The notes below the pieces were generated by a model. The model saw nothing but the letters and a program-made list of their open reading frames with translations, did no database searches and was not told the origin of the DNA. This document shows, piece by piece, positions 1 through 10,590 of a stretch of 64,000 nt of DNA (position 1 is its first letter; the number at the start of each line of letters is the position of its first letter). The stretch lies in the NCBI RefSeq assembly GCF_048593235.1, contig NC_133620.1, positions 258,045,929-258,109,928 on the forward strand, in the 5' to 3' direction. This DNA comes from Sminthopsis crassicaudata. Lineage: Eukaryota. The position numbers and the translations under genes are program-made.

Positions 1-177
1 CTTCCCTTGATTTTCTATTAGTATTTAACATACCTTATTGGCTGCATCTTTCCCTTAATCTCCAGCTTGTATCCTTTGTGGCAATTTAAGTTCAGTCCCT
101 CTTTTTCTTTTCTCAATGGAAGAGAAAGAGCAGCTGGTGACTGGTTTCTATTGCCGATTGTAACAGCCTTTTTGGGC

Positions 178-340
178 AGGATCCTATCTGACAGCTGGAA
201 GGGACCCTGGAGGTCATCTAGTCCAACCAGTCTCCCAATGTAAGAGTCCTGACAGATGGTCTCTCAACCTTAAACATTTCCAGTGATGGACAATTCATGA
301 CATCCTGAGATAATGCAGAACCAACTTTGGAGGTTGGTTT
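178..340 (-). mobile_element. CR1/L3 LINE 3' end fragment
   Basis: agctggaagggaccctggaggtcatctagtccaacc ... catttccagtgatgg is the reverse complement of the typical L3/CR1 3' terminus. Confidence 0.7.
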
Positions 341-1100
341 TCTGTGCAGAAAAAAAATGTCCCTTGCTAGGCTTGTCTTATATATGTGAAAATAGCAAAA
401 CAAACAAGCAAGTAATCAAAACCCTAGGAAAAAAAAACAAAAAAAGTATTTAAAAATAACAATAACAGTAATAATAATTTCATAAAGTTGCTAGTATCTC
501 AGAAGTTTTCTTCCAGCTCCACTGTTCTGGGGATATGCTTTCTGAGGTGGTAATATGCTATAATTGGAGGGACACTGGAATTGAGGTAGAGATAAGGGCT
601 GGAATCAGTCCCCATTTCAATAACTTGCTAGCTATGTGACTGTGGCCAAATCCCTTGTCTTCTTTGTTTTCTTGTCTGTGAAATGAGAGGGTTAACCATC
701 TCCACTCCAGATCTGTGAATCTCTCATTTATGGTATTTTGCCCCTTGCCATATTAGGACAAAAGTACTTGAGTATTGCTGTATTTTGGGGACACAGATCT
801 CCTATATACTGAGAAATTTGGCTTCTCTTCACCTTCTTCCACCCCCACGTATCGTATGACACTACAAGAAGTATCTTCTCACATTTCCTTCAATCCTCAT
901 CTGATGAATGATTCTGTGATGAAGCATACTGGGTAACACTAGAGTTACTATGCATGGCAAACCCAAAGTTTATCATCAGATGTTTTCCAGTTATGGAAAA
1001 CTTGCAGGATAATAGTTCTGATATTATAATATTTCATATTTCCTTTGTGTCTCAGCTTTGACTTTTTCTTCTAATACCCAGGTACTTTCTAGCTTTCTAT

Positions 1101-1495
1101 AGCTAGATGGTCTAGTGGGTAGAATACTGTACTTACAATCAGGAAGACCTGGGTTCAAATTTGGCCTCAGACATGTACTAGCTGTGTGATGCTGGACAGA
1201 TCACAACCCTTCTTTGTCTCATTTATAAAAAGGGAATAATAATAGCACCTAAAACATTGGTATATATGTAACTGTTTTACATTTCCAGTTGTTAAATCTA
1301 ACACAATAAATAATTCATTTTTTCTGTCTTTGTTGGATGGAATGATTAAAAAGAATTTTAAGGGGCCAAAAAAAAAATAAATAATAGCACCTATCTCCCA
1401 GAATTGTGAGAATCAAGGAAGATGGTAATTATAAAGTTCTTAGCATCATGATTGGCACATAATAAATATGCTCTATAAAAATGGTAGCTATTATT
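1101..1495 (+). mobile_element. CORE-SINE (MAR1/MIR-like), interrupted by a 128-bp insertion at 1252-1379
   Basis: tRNA-like head (agctagatggtctagtgggtagaa...aggaagacctgggttcaaat), core (gctgtgtgatgctggacagatcac) and tail (aatagcacctatctccc...ggcacataataaa...gctattattat). Confidence 0.8.
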
Positions 1496-1576
1496 ATCAT
1501 TATCATTATTATCATTTACTATTATTACTATTATTGTTATTAGTATAATTCCTATTATTATCATTATTATCCAACT

Positions 1577-1725
1577 TTAGACACTTACTGGCTGTGTGAT
1601 CCTGGACAAGGAATTTAATCGCTACTTGCCTTGTTTCCTCTTTTGTAAAATGAAGTGAGATGATATTTGTAAATCACTTAGTGAAGTCCCTGGCACATAG
1701 TAGGCTCTAAATAAATGTTCATTCC
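1577..1725 (+). mobile_element. CORE-SINE (MAR1/MIR-like) fragment
   Basis: ttagacacttactggctgtgtgatcctggacaag ... tgtaaaatga ... tggcacatagtagg core and tail motifs. Confidence 0.75.
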
Positions 1726-1960
1726 AATCTCTCCATTCGTTCATGCTTAACACAAATTCTCTTCTCATTTCTGCATACATCCATAGCCATTGAAAGGTGC
1801 CTTCCTTCCTAACTCTCTAACATGAAGGTAGATTTCATCAAAGATTGAAGCAGACCTCTAAATGGCTAGCTTTGGGATATATTATCAATCTCATAAGAAG
1901 AAAAAGAATGGTTATAGAAGTGAAGGAGATCAGAGCTCCTCACTATTAATAGCATAAGGG

Positions 1961-3380
1961 ATGCTTCCAATCCTTCACCAAGTGGAGAGAGGACATCTTA
2001 GAGTTTCTAGACCAATTCAGGTTATTCATGCTCTGCCCTCCTTGGGAGATCCCTGCAGCCTGGACTTCATTGCATTGTTTGATGGGACTGACTACTGGTT
2101 GGTCTGATAGGAGATAGCCTTGATCAGACAGTATAGAGATAAAATATATTTTAGGATGTGTCCTACATCTATTTTTGGTCTGAAGTTGGCTCACTTGTGA
2201 TTTATTGACTCTGGAAGGGGCAAGGGACCATAGTAGAATATTCCACTTCCTTCTAGGGTCTGAAACAGCACAAACTCTTCTTGGAACAGAATATTTCCCC
2301 ATTTATTGGATCAATTATTTTATGTTTAAAAAAAAAAAAAAAGAGGACACCTTGGGGATAAGAAATTGTCTTTTTTTTTTTTTTTTTTTTGCTTAGCTCA
2401 GGTACCGGCAAACAATAAATGCTTTATGAATACTTTTTTCATTCATTAAAAAACAAACATTTTCCCTTCTGTAATGACTTAATGTAAATAAATGGCATCA
2501 AACCTTATCTTAATTCCTGGAGAAAATTGTGGAATTCTGATTATGCATTTGTAGTTCAATATGACACTGGGAGCTTTATTTTCTTTTTGTTTATTCTTAC
2601 CTTGCACCATATTCCAGGCTCTTTTGAGGCATGACCCTATCAATCACCATGGATAAAGAACTATTGACAATAGTCCCTTCCCTAAGTATCTCTAATCTCA
2701 TCAGTTCTTATAGCCCACCTTGTGGCCATTTGTTTCTCACTCTTGAAATTCAACTTCTAAGCCACCAAGAATTGCAGATCTCAGCTATGGTGGATTCAAG
2801 GGATTGTAGATTTTGTGAACTGTTTCCACTCCAAGACAGCAAATGTTGATTTAACTCTGTGTCTATCCAGTTATAGTAGGAATACCCATAGTGAATGCTA
2901 TTCACTACAGTCCAGAGAGGTGACCTAGAAGATGCTGCTTAAGTCCAAGAAGGGAGAAGCATTGTAAAATATCCACCATGAATGTAATCCTTTCCTCCTT
3001 CTTCTTGATGGTTCTTTGGATTAAAAGGATTTTAATACATAATTTAGCCTGAAATTGCTTTATCTTCAGTGCATAATTTCTTTTTTGGAGAGATTGGAAT
3101 AGTCATAACAATTGGAAAAAGTCCCTAGTCCTCTGTTTTGTTGATCACCTCCCATCATAGCTTCAGTATCATTAATTAAAGAGGAGAAAATGGAGTTATA
3201 ACTCTGCCATAATCACAGAATCCAAAATGTTATTATCATCTGGTATCAGTATCCCCAGCCTTTGATACCCAGGTCTGCTTTATCAGTTAATGAGACAGTA
3301 ATATGCTCCATCTTAGTCCATCTGATCTCGATATGGGAAGGTAACAGATGGAAGATAGCTTTCTAGCTATGGCATGTCCT
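1961..3380 (+). mobile_element. Decayed Ty3/Gypsy (sushi-ichi/PEG10-like) retrotransposon internal region: gag, aspartic protease and RT N-terminus
   Basis: Manual translation. Gag: SFTKWREDILEFLDQFRLFM..LMGLTTGW (1971-2102) and IY*LWKGQGTIVEYSTSF (2200-2253). Protease: HLFLTLEIQLLSHQELQISAMVDSR (2727-2801), IVNAIHYSP (2888-2914) and MNVILSSFFLMVLWI (2978-3022). RT: L*LCHNHRIQNVIIIWYQYPQPLIP...HLISIWEGNRWKIAF (3196-3363). Motifs are in canonical order on one strand, with stops and frameshifts. Confidence 0.85.
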
Positions 3381-3834
3381 GCATTAATACTACTGTTGGT
3401 AGAGAGAACATTATAGCAATAAAACTACAACAGTGTAAGGTCATGTGAATATATTCAAAAAGTGCTATAAGCAAGAAGTGATAGGTTCAAGATACCATAC
3501 ATTTTTGGACATGACTCCTGTGTGAATTCATTTTGCCTGAAAAGGGTGCATTTTAAAAAATGCACACAAGAGAATAAAAAGAAGTTAAGAAGGAAACACA
3601 GACAAACAAGACAGAGACCAGTAACCCTGAATGGTCTTCAAGACTCTGTTCTGAAATCTCTTCTCTTTTCCCTCTATACTATCTCACCTGGTGGTTCCCT
3701 AATTTCTTATGAGTTCAGTTATCATCTCTGTACTAATAATTCCCATATACATTTAGTCTTAATCTGTTTCCTGAGGACTAGTCTTTTTAAAAAAGTAGTA
3801 TTTATATTTTTTTCAATTACACGTGAAGACAATT

Positions 3835-4235
3835 TTTAACATTCATTAAAAAAATTTTAGTTCCAAATTTTCTTTCTCTCCTCTTGGTAAGAATTTTAAA
3901 TAGGTATGTATGTGCAATCATGTAAAATAAATTTCTGTCTTAATCATGTTAGTAAAGAAACATACCAAAATGGGAGAAAATCATAAAAAAGATAAAGAAA
4001 GTGAAAATAGTATATTTCAATCTTTATTCAGACTCCATCAATTCTTTTTCTTGATGTGGATAGTATTTTTTATCATGAATTTTTTGTAATGTCTTGGATC
4101 ATTGTATTGCTGAAAAGAGCTGAGTTATTCATAATTGATAATCACCCAATTGTGTGTGCAATTTTCTCCTGGTTCTGCTCACTTCACTTTATATCAGTTC
4201 ATGCAATTCTTTCTAGGTTTTTCTGAAATCTGCCT
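3835..4235 (-). mobile_element. L1 3' end (marsupial L1)
   Basis: ttttaacattcattaaaaaaattttagttccaaattttc ... ggttctgctcacttcactt, the reverse complement of a marsupial L1 3'UTR. Confidence 0.75.
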
Positions 4236-5425
4236 ACTGAACTCTAGTCTTACATTAACTCTCTTGGATATCTTGAACTGGATGTCCAATGAACTTCTCA
4301 AACTCAAGATATTTAAACAAAACCTATTATTTCCCCCTTAAATCATCCCCTCTTCCAAATTTCTTTATTGGTATTAAGGTCCACACCAGCCTTTTAATTA
4401 CCTAAGCCCACCACATCAATATCTTCCTTGAATCCTCATTGGCACTCTCCCCACAGATCCAATCTGTTCCTAAATGTCATTTCCATGTTCACATTTCTCA
4501 TACATGTCTAATTTTGTTTTCTTTGTTTTTGAGAGGCAATTGGGACTAAGTAACTTGCCCAAGGTCACCTAAATAGGAAGTGTTAAGTGCCTGAGATCAA
4601 ATTTGAACTCAGGATACAGCATTGGCTGTATCCACTATACTATCTAATTGCTCCACATATCTAATTTTCTCAACTCACACAGCCATTACCTTGATGTAGG
4701 CCCTCATCATCTTACAGCTAGACTGTTCTAATGAATAGCAGTCTGATTGATCTTCCTGTCCCAAGTTTCTCCCCCCTCCAGACTATTCTTCACTTATTTG
4801 CCATAGTGATTTTCCTAAAAAGTAGGTCTGTCCAAGTTACCCTTTCCCCTTCCTTCCTTTTTTACCCTGCTCTAAACACCAGTGTCTTTCTATTATCTGT
4901 AGGACCAAATATAAAATCCTCTGGTTGGCTTTTTAAAGATTTTCACAACCTGTCCCTTCATGCTTTTAGGCTTTTTTAATACTTTATTTATTTCCACATA
5001 ATCTACAACTATCCAGCCATACCAGCTATTTTTTTTTTTTTTTTGCTGTTTTTAGATCCATCTTCTGATGCTATGTCTTTTTATCTGTTTGCACCCTTAC
5101 CCCACTTCCCATCCCTGCAATATTCTCTCTCTCCTTATATCTGCTGGCTTCCTAGCTTCCTTCAAGTCTTAGTTCAGATCCCACCTCTGCAGGAGGATTT
5201 TCCTGGGACTTCTTTTCCTCTTACTGCTAGTTCCTTTCCTTTGAGATTATTTTCTACTTAAACTCTATGTATATTGGACATAGTTTTTTGAATGTGATTT
5301 CTTCCATTAGTATGTTAGTTTCTTGAGGGCAGGGACCATGTTTTCAACCTTTCTTTGCATCTCCAGTGCTGAGCACCCTGGTGCAGAGTAAGTATTTAAT
5401 ATTTAATAAGTGCTTGTTGACTTGA
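4236..5425 (+). mobile_element. L2 LINE 3' portion (interrupted by a SINE)
   Basis: ggatgtccaatgaacttctcaaactcaa, cctaaaaagtaggtctg, and the 3' terminus cttgagggcagggacc...aataagtgcttgttgacttgact. Confidence 0.75.
4516..4654 (-). mobile_element. WSINE1/SINE1-type marsupial SINE with 14-bp TSD
   Basis: gaggcaattggg...acttgcccaaggtcac...caaatttgaactcagg, flanked by acatgtctaatttt (4502-4515) and acatatctaatttt (4655-4668). Confidence 0.8.
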
Positions 5426-7344
5426 CTTAAGTGAAATAAAGAATTGAAAAAATAACTTTCAAAGATGACCTGCTTGCCTATATTTCTTTCTGCCTTCCTT
5501 TAAAAGATACTCCAATGTCTGTTCTCTTTTTCTTTCTTGGCAGCCATATTATGACTATCTCCTATCTTCCTCTCATCTCCCCAATGCGGAAAAATAAAGA
5601 AAGAAAAACACTTTTAACAAATAATCATACTCAGCAAAACAAATCCCCTCAGTCTTTATTAATGTTCATTAGTATATACCCTATACTTATTGTTTTGAAA
5701 GATGCTTGAGTCCATTGAGAAGATAATGATTTGGCTGAGTCAGATAGCCAATATCTTTCAGAAATGGGATTTGAACCAAAATCTTTCAGTCTTTGGCTAT
5801 CTTTTAATCTATTAGGCCAAGTGATCTTTCCCAGTGCTTGTCCCAAGGACATACAGCTACTAACTGTTCTTTGCCCCCAAAGTCAGCACTCTTTCTGTTG
5901 TTGTGCTGATGGAGAAGAGGAGAGGAAGTCCATCTCAAATATAGTCAGATAATATAGCCTGTAATTCATATTTTGTAAATTAGGCTCTAATTTATTTATT
6001 CATGGGGCAAAATTTCCTGAAGTATAAATTTCCTTGTAGTGAGTGAGGCCCTTTTGGAAGTTTTGGACATTTTCTTGTAAGTTTAAGTATCCTAAATGTA
6101 GGATAGTTGATATGGTTTCACGAACCTGGATTTGTAATGAAAGGATCTAGATTCAAAATCTAGATAATAGTTGTGTGGTTGGTCATCAATAGAAGGAGCC
6201 ATGTCATATTCATTATCAAAAGATACAGTAGGATCCTTGGATAAATTAGAGATGGGAAATGGACTGCCAATCTATTGGTACTAATGCAGCACTGGATACA
6301 GTCCAGCCTTTCCAGGTTGGACGACAGCAGGACACTTAAGACTTTTTTTGTGTCAAGTTAAATTAAGTGTGACTATAAGCAGGGTGGGCAAAAGAATAAT
6401 GGAGAGACCCAGTGAAGAGCTAAACAATTTAGGGCAAGGCAGACATTAGTAGTTGGAAATGCAAAATGACAGAATTTGAAAGATCCTAGTAGCTCCAAAA
6501 TTTGATGAGTCTGTAGATTAAAAGTTACTTATTTTAAACATAGGATTCATGCCTCAAATGGAACAAAAAAACAAGGATACAGAATTATAAACAGCCAATA
6601 GAACAAACATTGAATCATTATTCAGTGAACAAATTGTTAGCATTACTGGCAAAATGACTGCGGATTAGTGTCAGGTTTCAATTTAATAAGCATTTACTGT
6701 ATCTGAGGTACTGACAAGATCCAGATCTAAGACTCTGTTCTCCTATTTGCCAGGCATCATTCTGGGCCCTGGGGATAGAAAGAAAAAAAAAAGTAAATAC
6801 TCATATTCATAGGAAATAATACATTCATAGAGTTTTCTATAATTGAGTAGATTTTGGGGCTTAATATATATGTTTGTATATATGTATGTATGTTTGTATA
6901 TATGTATGTATATACTCTTGGAAGACTGAGCATCCCCAATAGGCAGGTTTATACTTATTGGTTGTCAGTTAATGAGAAAATGAATATTAAAATGACATGG
7001 GCCTATGCTAATCAGGGGCTAGGGGATTTAACTTTGTTTATGTCACTATTAGTTCTAGACTACTCCTAGCCTCAGACAATCCAGACAAAAGGATCTTGTC
7101 CAACCATGCACTCCCAGTCTGAGTAGAACACAATGGGCCAGAATTCACCTATATTAGATTCTTTTTACTCTTTAATAAAAATTAAATTTTCCCAGCTGGG
7201 TGGGGTCTAAACAAGATTGAGAACAATGTTAAATCTAATCTCATCATCAGCCCTATTCTTCAGAGGCTGAGTTGACCTAGTAGAGAATGAGGAAATAGGT
7301 AGAGAAAAAAATCCTAGGTATCTCAAATAATAATTTGTTATTGA

Positions 7345-7756
7345 TGTAAGATGAAATAATCATCTCTCTCACTGTGCTCTTTTGTCTCAATTAGAGTCGA
7401 GAATCGGCTCTAACCTTGACCTTTATAATCATGGGCACTCTCAATTAGAATTAGGATGATGTATTATGAAAGGGCAACCCTTTGCCTTGGGGGGCCAGAA
7501 ACTGCCATTTGAAAATGAAAGATAATCTGGGAGCCTTCATCAGGGGAGACCAGAAAGACAGAAAAGTTCTTTCATCCACAGCAACAATAGTAGCAACAAT
7601 GGTAGGAGATTAGCAATGGTAGGGAGGATGAATCATCTTGGCCAGGGTTCATGATTAAGTCCAGTGTTAGTTCTTCACCCAGGATGGAGAAGTAGCAGGG
7701 GTTATAAGCCTACTAGTTTCTCCTGCAGAGACCTTGGCCTGAACCAGTATGTTACA
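7345..7756. mobile_element. Possible solo LTR
   Basis: 412-bp non-SINE/LINE segment bounded by TGTAA...TTACA inverted termini; no TSD found. Confidence 0.3.
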
Positions 7757-8513
7757 AGATTGGATATCTTCAAAGATATCATATCATATTTACAACCAAG
7801 AAAGCATTCATGAAAAAAAATTATATAATACATTTTATTTTGTTTGTTTTATTCTGAATTTAAACAGCAAATTTTAAAAATCCCACATACAGAGCAAAAA
7901 AAAAAAAAAAAGTTCTATATGAAACCAAAAATTTCCATTTTATATCTGTTGCTTTTTAAGAGTATATAATAAATTCTATACCTTATTTTCAAAATTTCCT
8001 GTTTGTGTTTCCTTTTTAACTTTTTTTCTATTCTCTTGTGAACATTAAAAAAAAAAAAAATGTTTCAATGGTCCTCCATTGAAATGGCAAAATGGAGAAC
8101 TCTGGATTAATTTGCTGGCTCTAACCACTACCTATATGACCATAGGGAAATTGCTTTATTTTCTGGGATTTAGTTTCTTCATCTATAAAATAAGGGATTT
8201 TAGCTAGCTTATATAAATATGATATCTTTTAAAAAACAAGTTATCTTAAAGAATCCTTGACAAGTATGGGATTATCAAATGCCTTGAGTCAATTGTTCTC
8301 AAACTTTTTGGTCTCAGGACCTCATTAATACTCTTAAAAATTGTTAAATTTTGTATTAGAAATTAAAATGGGTAATTTTAAAAAGTTATTAATTGATTTA
8401 AAGTAATAATCAAATGCTAATGTGCTAATGTGAATAGCATTTTTATAAAAATAACTATTTCCAAAACAAAATAATTCAGTGGGAATAGTGATATTATTTT
8501 ACTTATTTTTCCA

Positions 8514-8658
8514 NNNNNNNNNNNNNNNNNNNNNNNNNNNNNNNNNNNNNNNNNNNNNNNNNNNNNNNNNNNNNNNNNNNNNNNNNNNNNNNNNNNNNNN
8601 NNNNNNNNNNNNNNNNNNNNNNNNNNNNNNNNNNNNNNNNNNNNNNNNNNNNNNNNNN
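8514..8658. other. Assembly gap (145 N)
   Basis: Run of N. Confidence 1.
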
Positions 8659-8659
8659 A

Positions 8660-8810
8660 GATTTGTCTTCATATGTTCAAATGTGACCTCAAACACCTAA
8701 CAGCTGTGTATCCCTGGACAAGTCACTTAACCTTGTTTGCCTCAGTTTCCTCATCTGTAAAATGAGCTAGAGAAAGAAATGGTAAATCACCTTAGTATCT
8801 TTGCAAAAAA
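8660..8810 (+). mobile_element. MAR1 SINE (CORE plus RTE tail)
   Basis: cagctgtgtatccctggacaagtcacttaacc...ctcagtttcctcatctgtaaaatgagctagagaaagaaatggtaaatcac..agtatctttgc. Confidence 0.8.
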
Positions 8811-8842
8811 AAAAAATTTAAAAAAAAATATATATATATATG

Positions 8843-8875
<33 letters not shown>

Positions 8876-9769
8876 TGTTTTAGTTAAGTGAAGAAAATCT
8901 GGATTCACATTGATATGTAGTTGGAAAGGGGAGAATTATTTTAATCAGCAAACAATGTCTTACTTATTGTCATGAAAAAAAAGTTTTGACCTTCTCAGGA
9001 AATCCCCGAAATGATCTGGGATCTATAGACCATTATTTGAAAATGGTTGTCCTAAGTAATTCTTCTGTTAAATTTTTTTCCAAGAACCCCACCCCCCCAT
9101 CAAATATGGCAATGAAAAAATTCCTCTAACTTCAAACAATGAATACCTATCTAAAATCTGGAGTGAGAATAGATGTGAAATTAGGATTAGCTAAAGGAAA
9201 TAACACTGATTGCTAACATTTTATATTGAGATTTAAAGTGTTATAATACATCAATTCATTTGTTCCTCATAACATCTCTGGGAGTTAGGTGCTTTTGCAG
9301 AAGAGGAAACTGAGACTAAGAAAATAATTTGCTGAAGGTCACAGACTAAAAAATTTCTTAGAAAAGATTCAACCAGATATTTTGCTGACTCCAAATGCCA
9401 TTCCCATGCTATTTCCCAGTGAGACTGGTACTAATATTTGGAAAATAGAATGTTGACACTCTAAGTTGTCTTTTTTTTTTTTAAACATTTAAATCTTTTT
9501 CAAAATAGTAATTTAAGAACAGGCAATGAATATGAATAAGAGCTCTCTTAAATCAAATAAGAGAGATATTAGGTTATTTTAATTTGGTTTGTTCAAGAGC
9601 AGAATGATCCTACTCAATTCTGATTTTTTTAGATATTATACTTAAGACCCAGATCAATATTTTATAGCCAAGGGTATATAAATATCAGGAGGGGTCTTTG
9701 GTTTATGAGAAATAGCCAAATGACCATCCTTTTTTAATGAATTGAACCCAAGACTGTTCTTTTCTTTAA

Positions 9770-10590
9770 AAACATTTTTATTATTATATCTTTTTATTTG
9801 CAAAACATATGCATGTATAATTTTTTTCAACATTGATCCATGCAAAACCTTTTGTTTCAAATTCCCCCCTCCTTTTCCACACCCCTCTCCTAGGCAGGTA
9901 GTCTAATACATGTTAAATCCAATATATATATATATATATATATGTATATGTATATGTATATATATATATATTTATTTATTTATTTATACAGTTATCTTAC
10001 TATTCAAGAAAAATCAGATCTAGAAAGAAAAAAAAACCTGAGAAGGAAAACAAAAATGCAAGCAAACAACATAAAGAATGGAAATGCTATGTTGTGGTCC
10101 AAACTCAGTTCCCATAGTCCTCTTTCTAGATATAGACATCTCTCTTCATTACTGGACAATTGGAACTGATTTGAATCATCTCATTTTTAAAGAGAGCCAC
10201 GTCCATCAAAATTGATCATCATATAGTTTTGTTGTTGCCATGTACAATGATCTTTTGGTTCTGCTCATTTCACTTAGCACCAGTTCATGTAAGTCTCTCT
10301 GGGGTTCTCTAAAGTTATCCTGCTGATGTTTTCTTACAGAACAATAATATTCTATAACATCCACATACTACAATTTATTCGACCATTCTCCAACTGATGG
10401 GCATCTACTCACTTTCCAATTTCTTGCCACTACAAAAAGGGCTGTCACAAACATATATGTCCTTTTCCCTTTTTTGTGACCTCTTTGCTATAAAGGCCCA
10501 GTAGAGATACCTCTGGATTAAAAAGGATGCAGTTTGATAACTTTTCGAGCATAGTTCCAAATTTCTCTCCAGAATGGCTGGATTCATTCA
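9770..10590 (-). mobile_element. L1 3' end (ORF2 C-terminus and 3'UTR), 5'-truncated
   Basis: gcaaaacatatgcatg...ttttttcaacattgatccatgcaaaa 3'UTR motif; the ORF at 10405-10587 (ERNLELCSKSY...) resembles frameshifted L1 ORF2 C-terminal sequence. Confidence 0.85.

Larger units (their letters stand above)
8290..9049 (+). mobile_element. hAT/Charlie1-like non-autonomous DNA transposon with nested SINE, (TA)n and an assembly gap
   Basis: 5' end caattgttctcaaactttttggtctcaggacc, internal gaagaaaatctggattcacattgatatgtagttggaaagggga, 3' end gaccattatttgaaaatggttg; flanks ccttgagt / tcctaagt match at 5 of 8. Confidence 0.7.

Noticed and set aside
1946-2302. 118-aa minus-strand ORF
   Set aside because: It is the antisense of the Gypsy gag relic; the meaningful homology is on the + strand
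2450-2640. CCHC zinc knuckle and GGGAAAC -1 frameshift site for the Gypsy relic
   Set aside because: Only a vague TGTGGA (CG) trace; no supportable motif
6200-6340. Possible continuation of retroelement pol (QPFQV, W-E-M-D)
   Set aside because: The motifs are too short and not collinear with a known domain
8479-8700. ORFs spanning N runs (also 28908-29350) or microsatellites (29842, 32895, 41101, 43097)
   Set aside because: Artefacts of stop-free N or dinucleotide tracts
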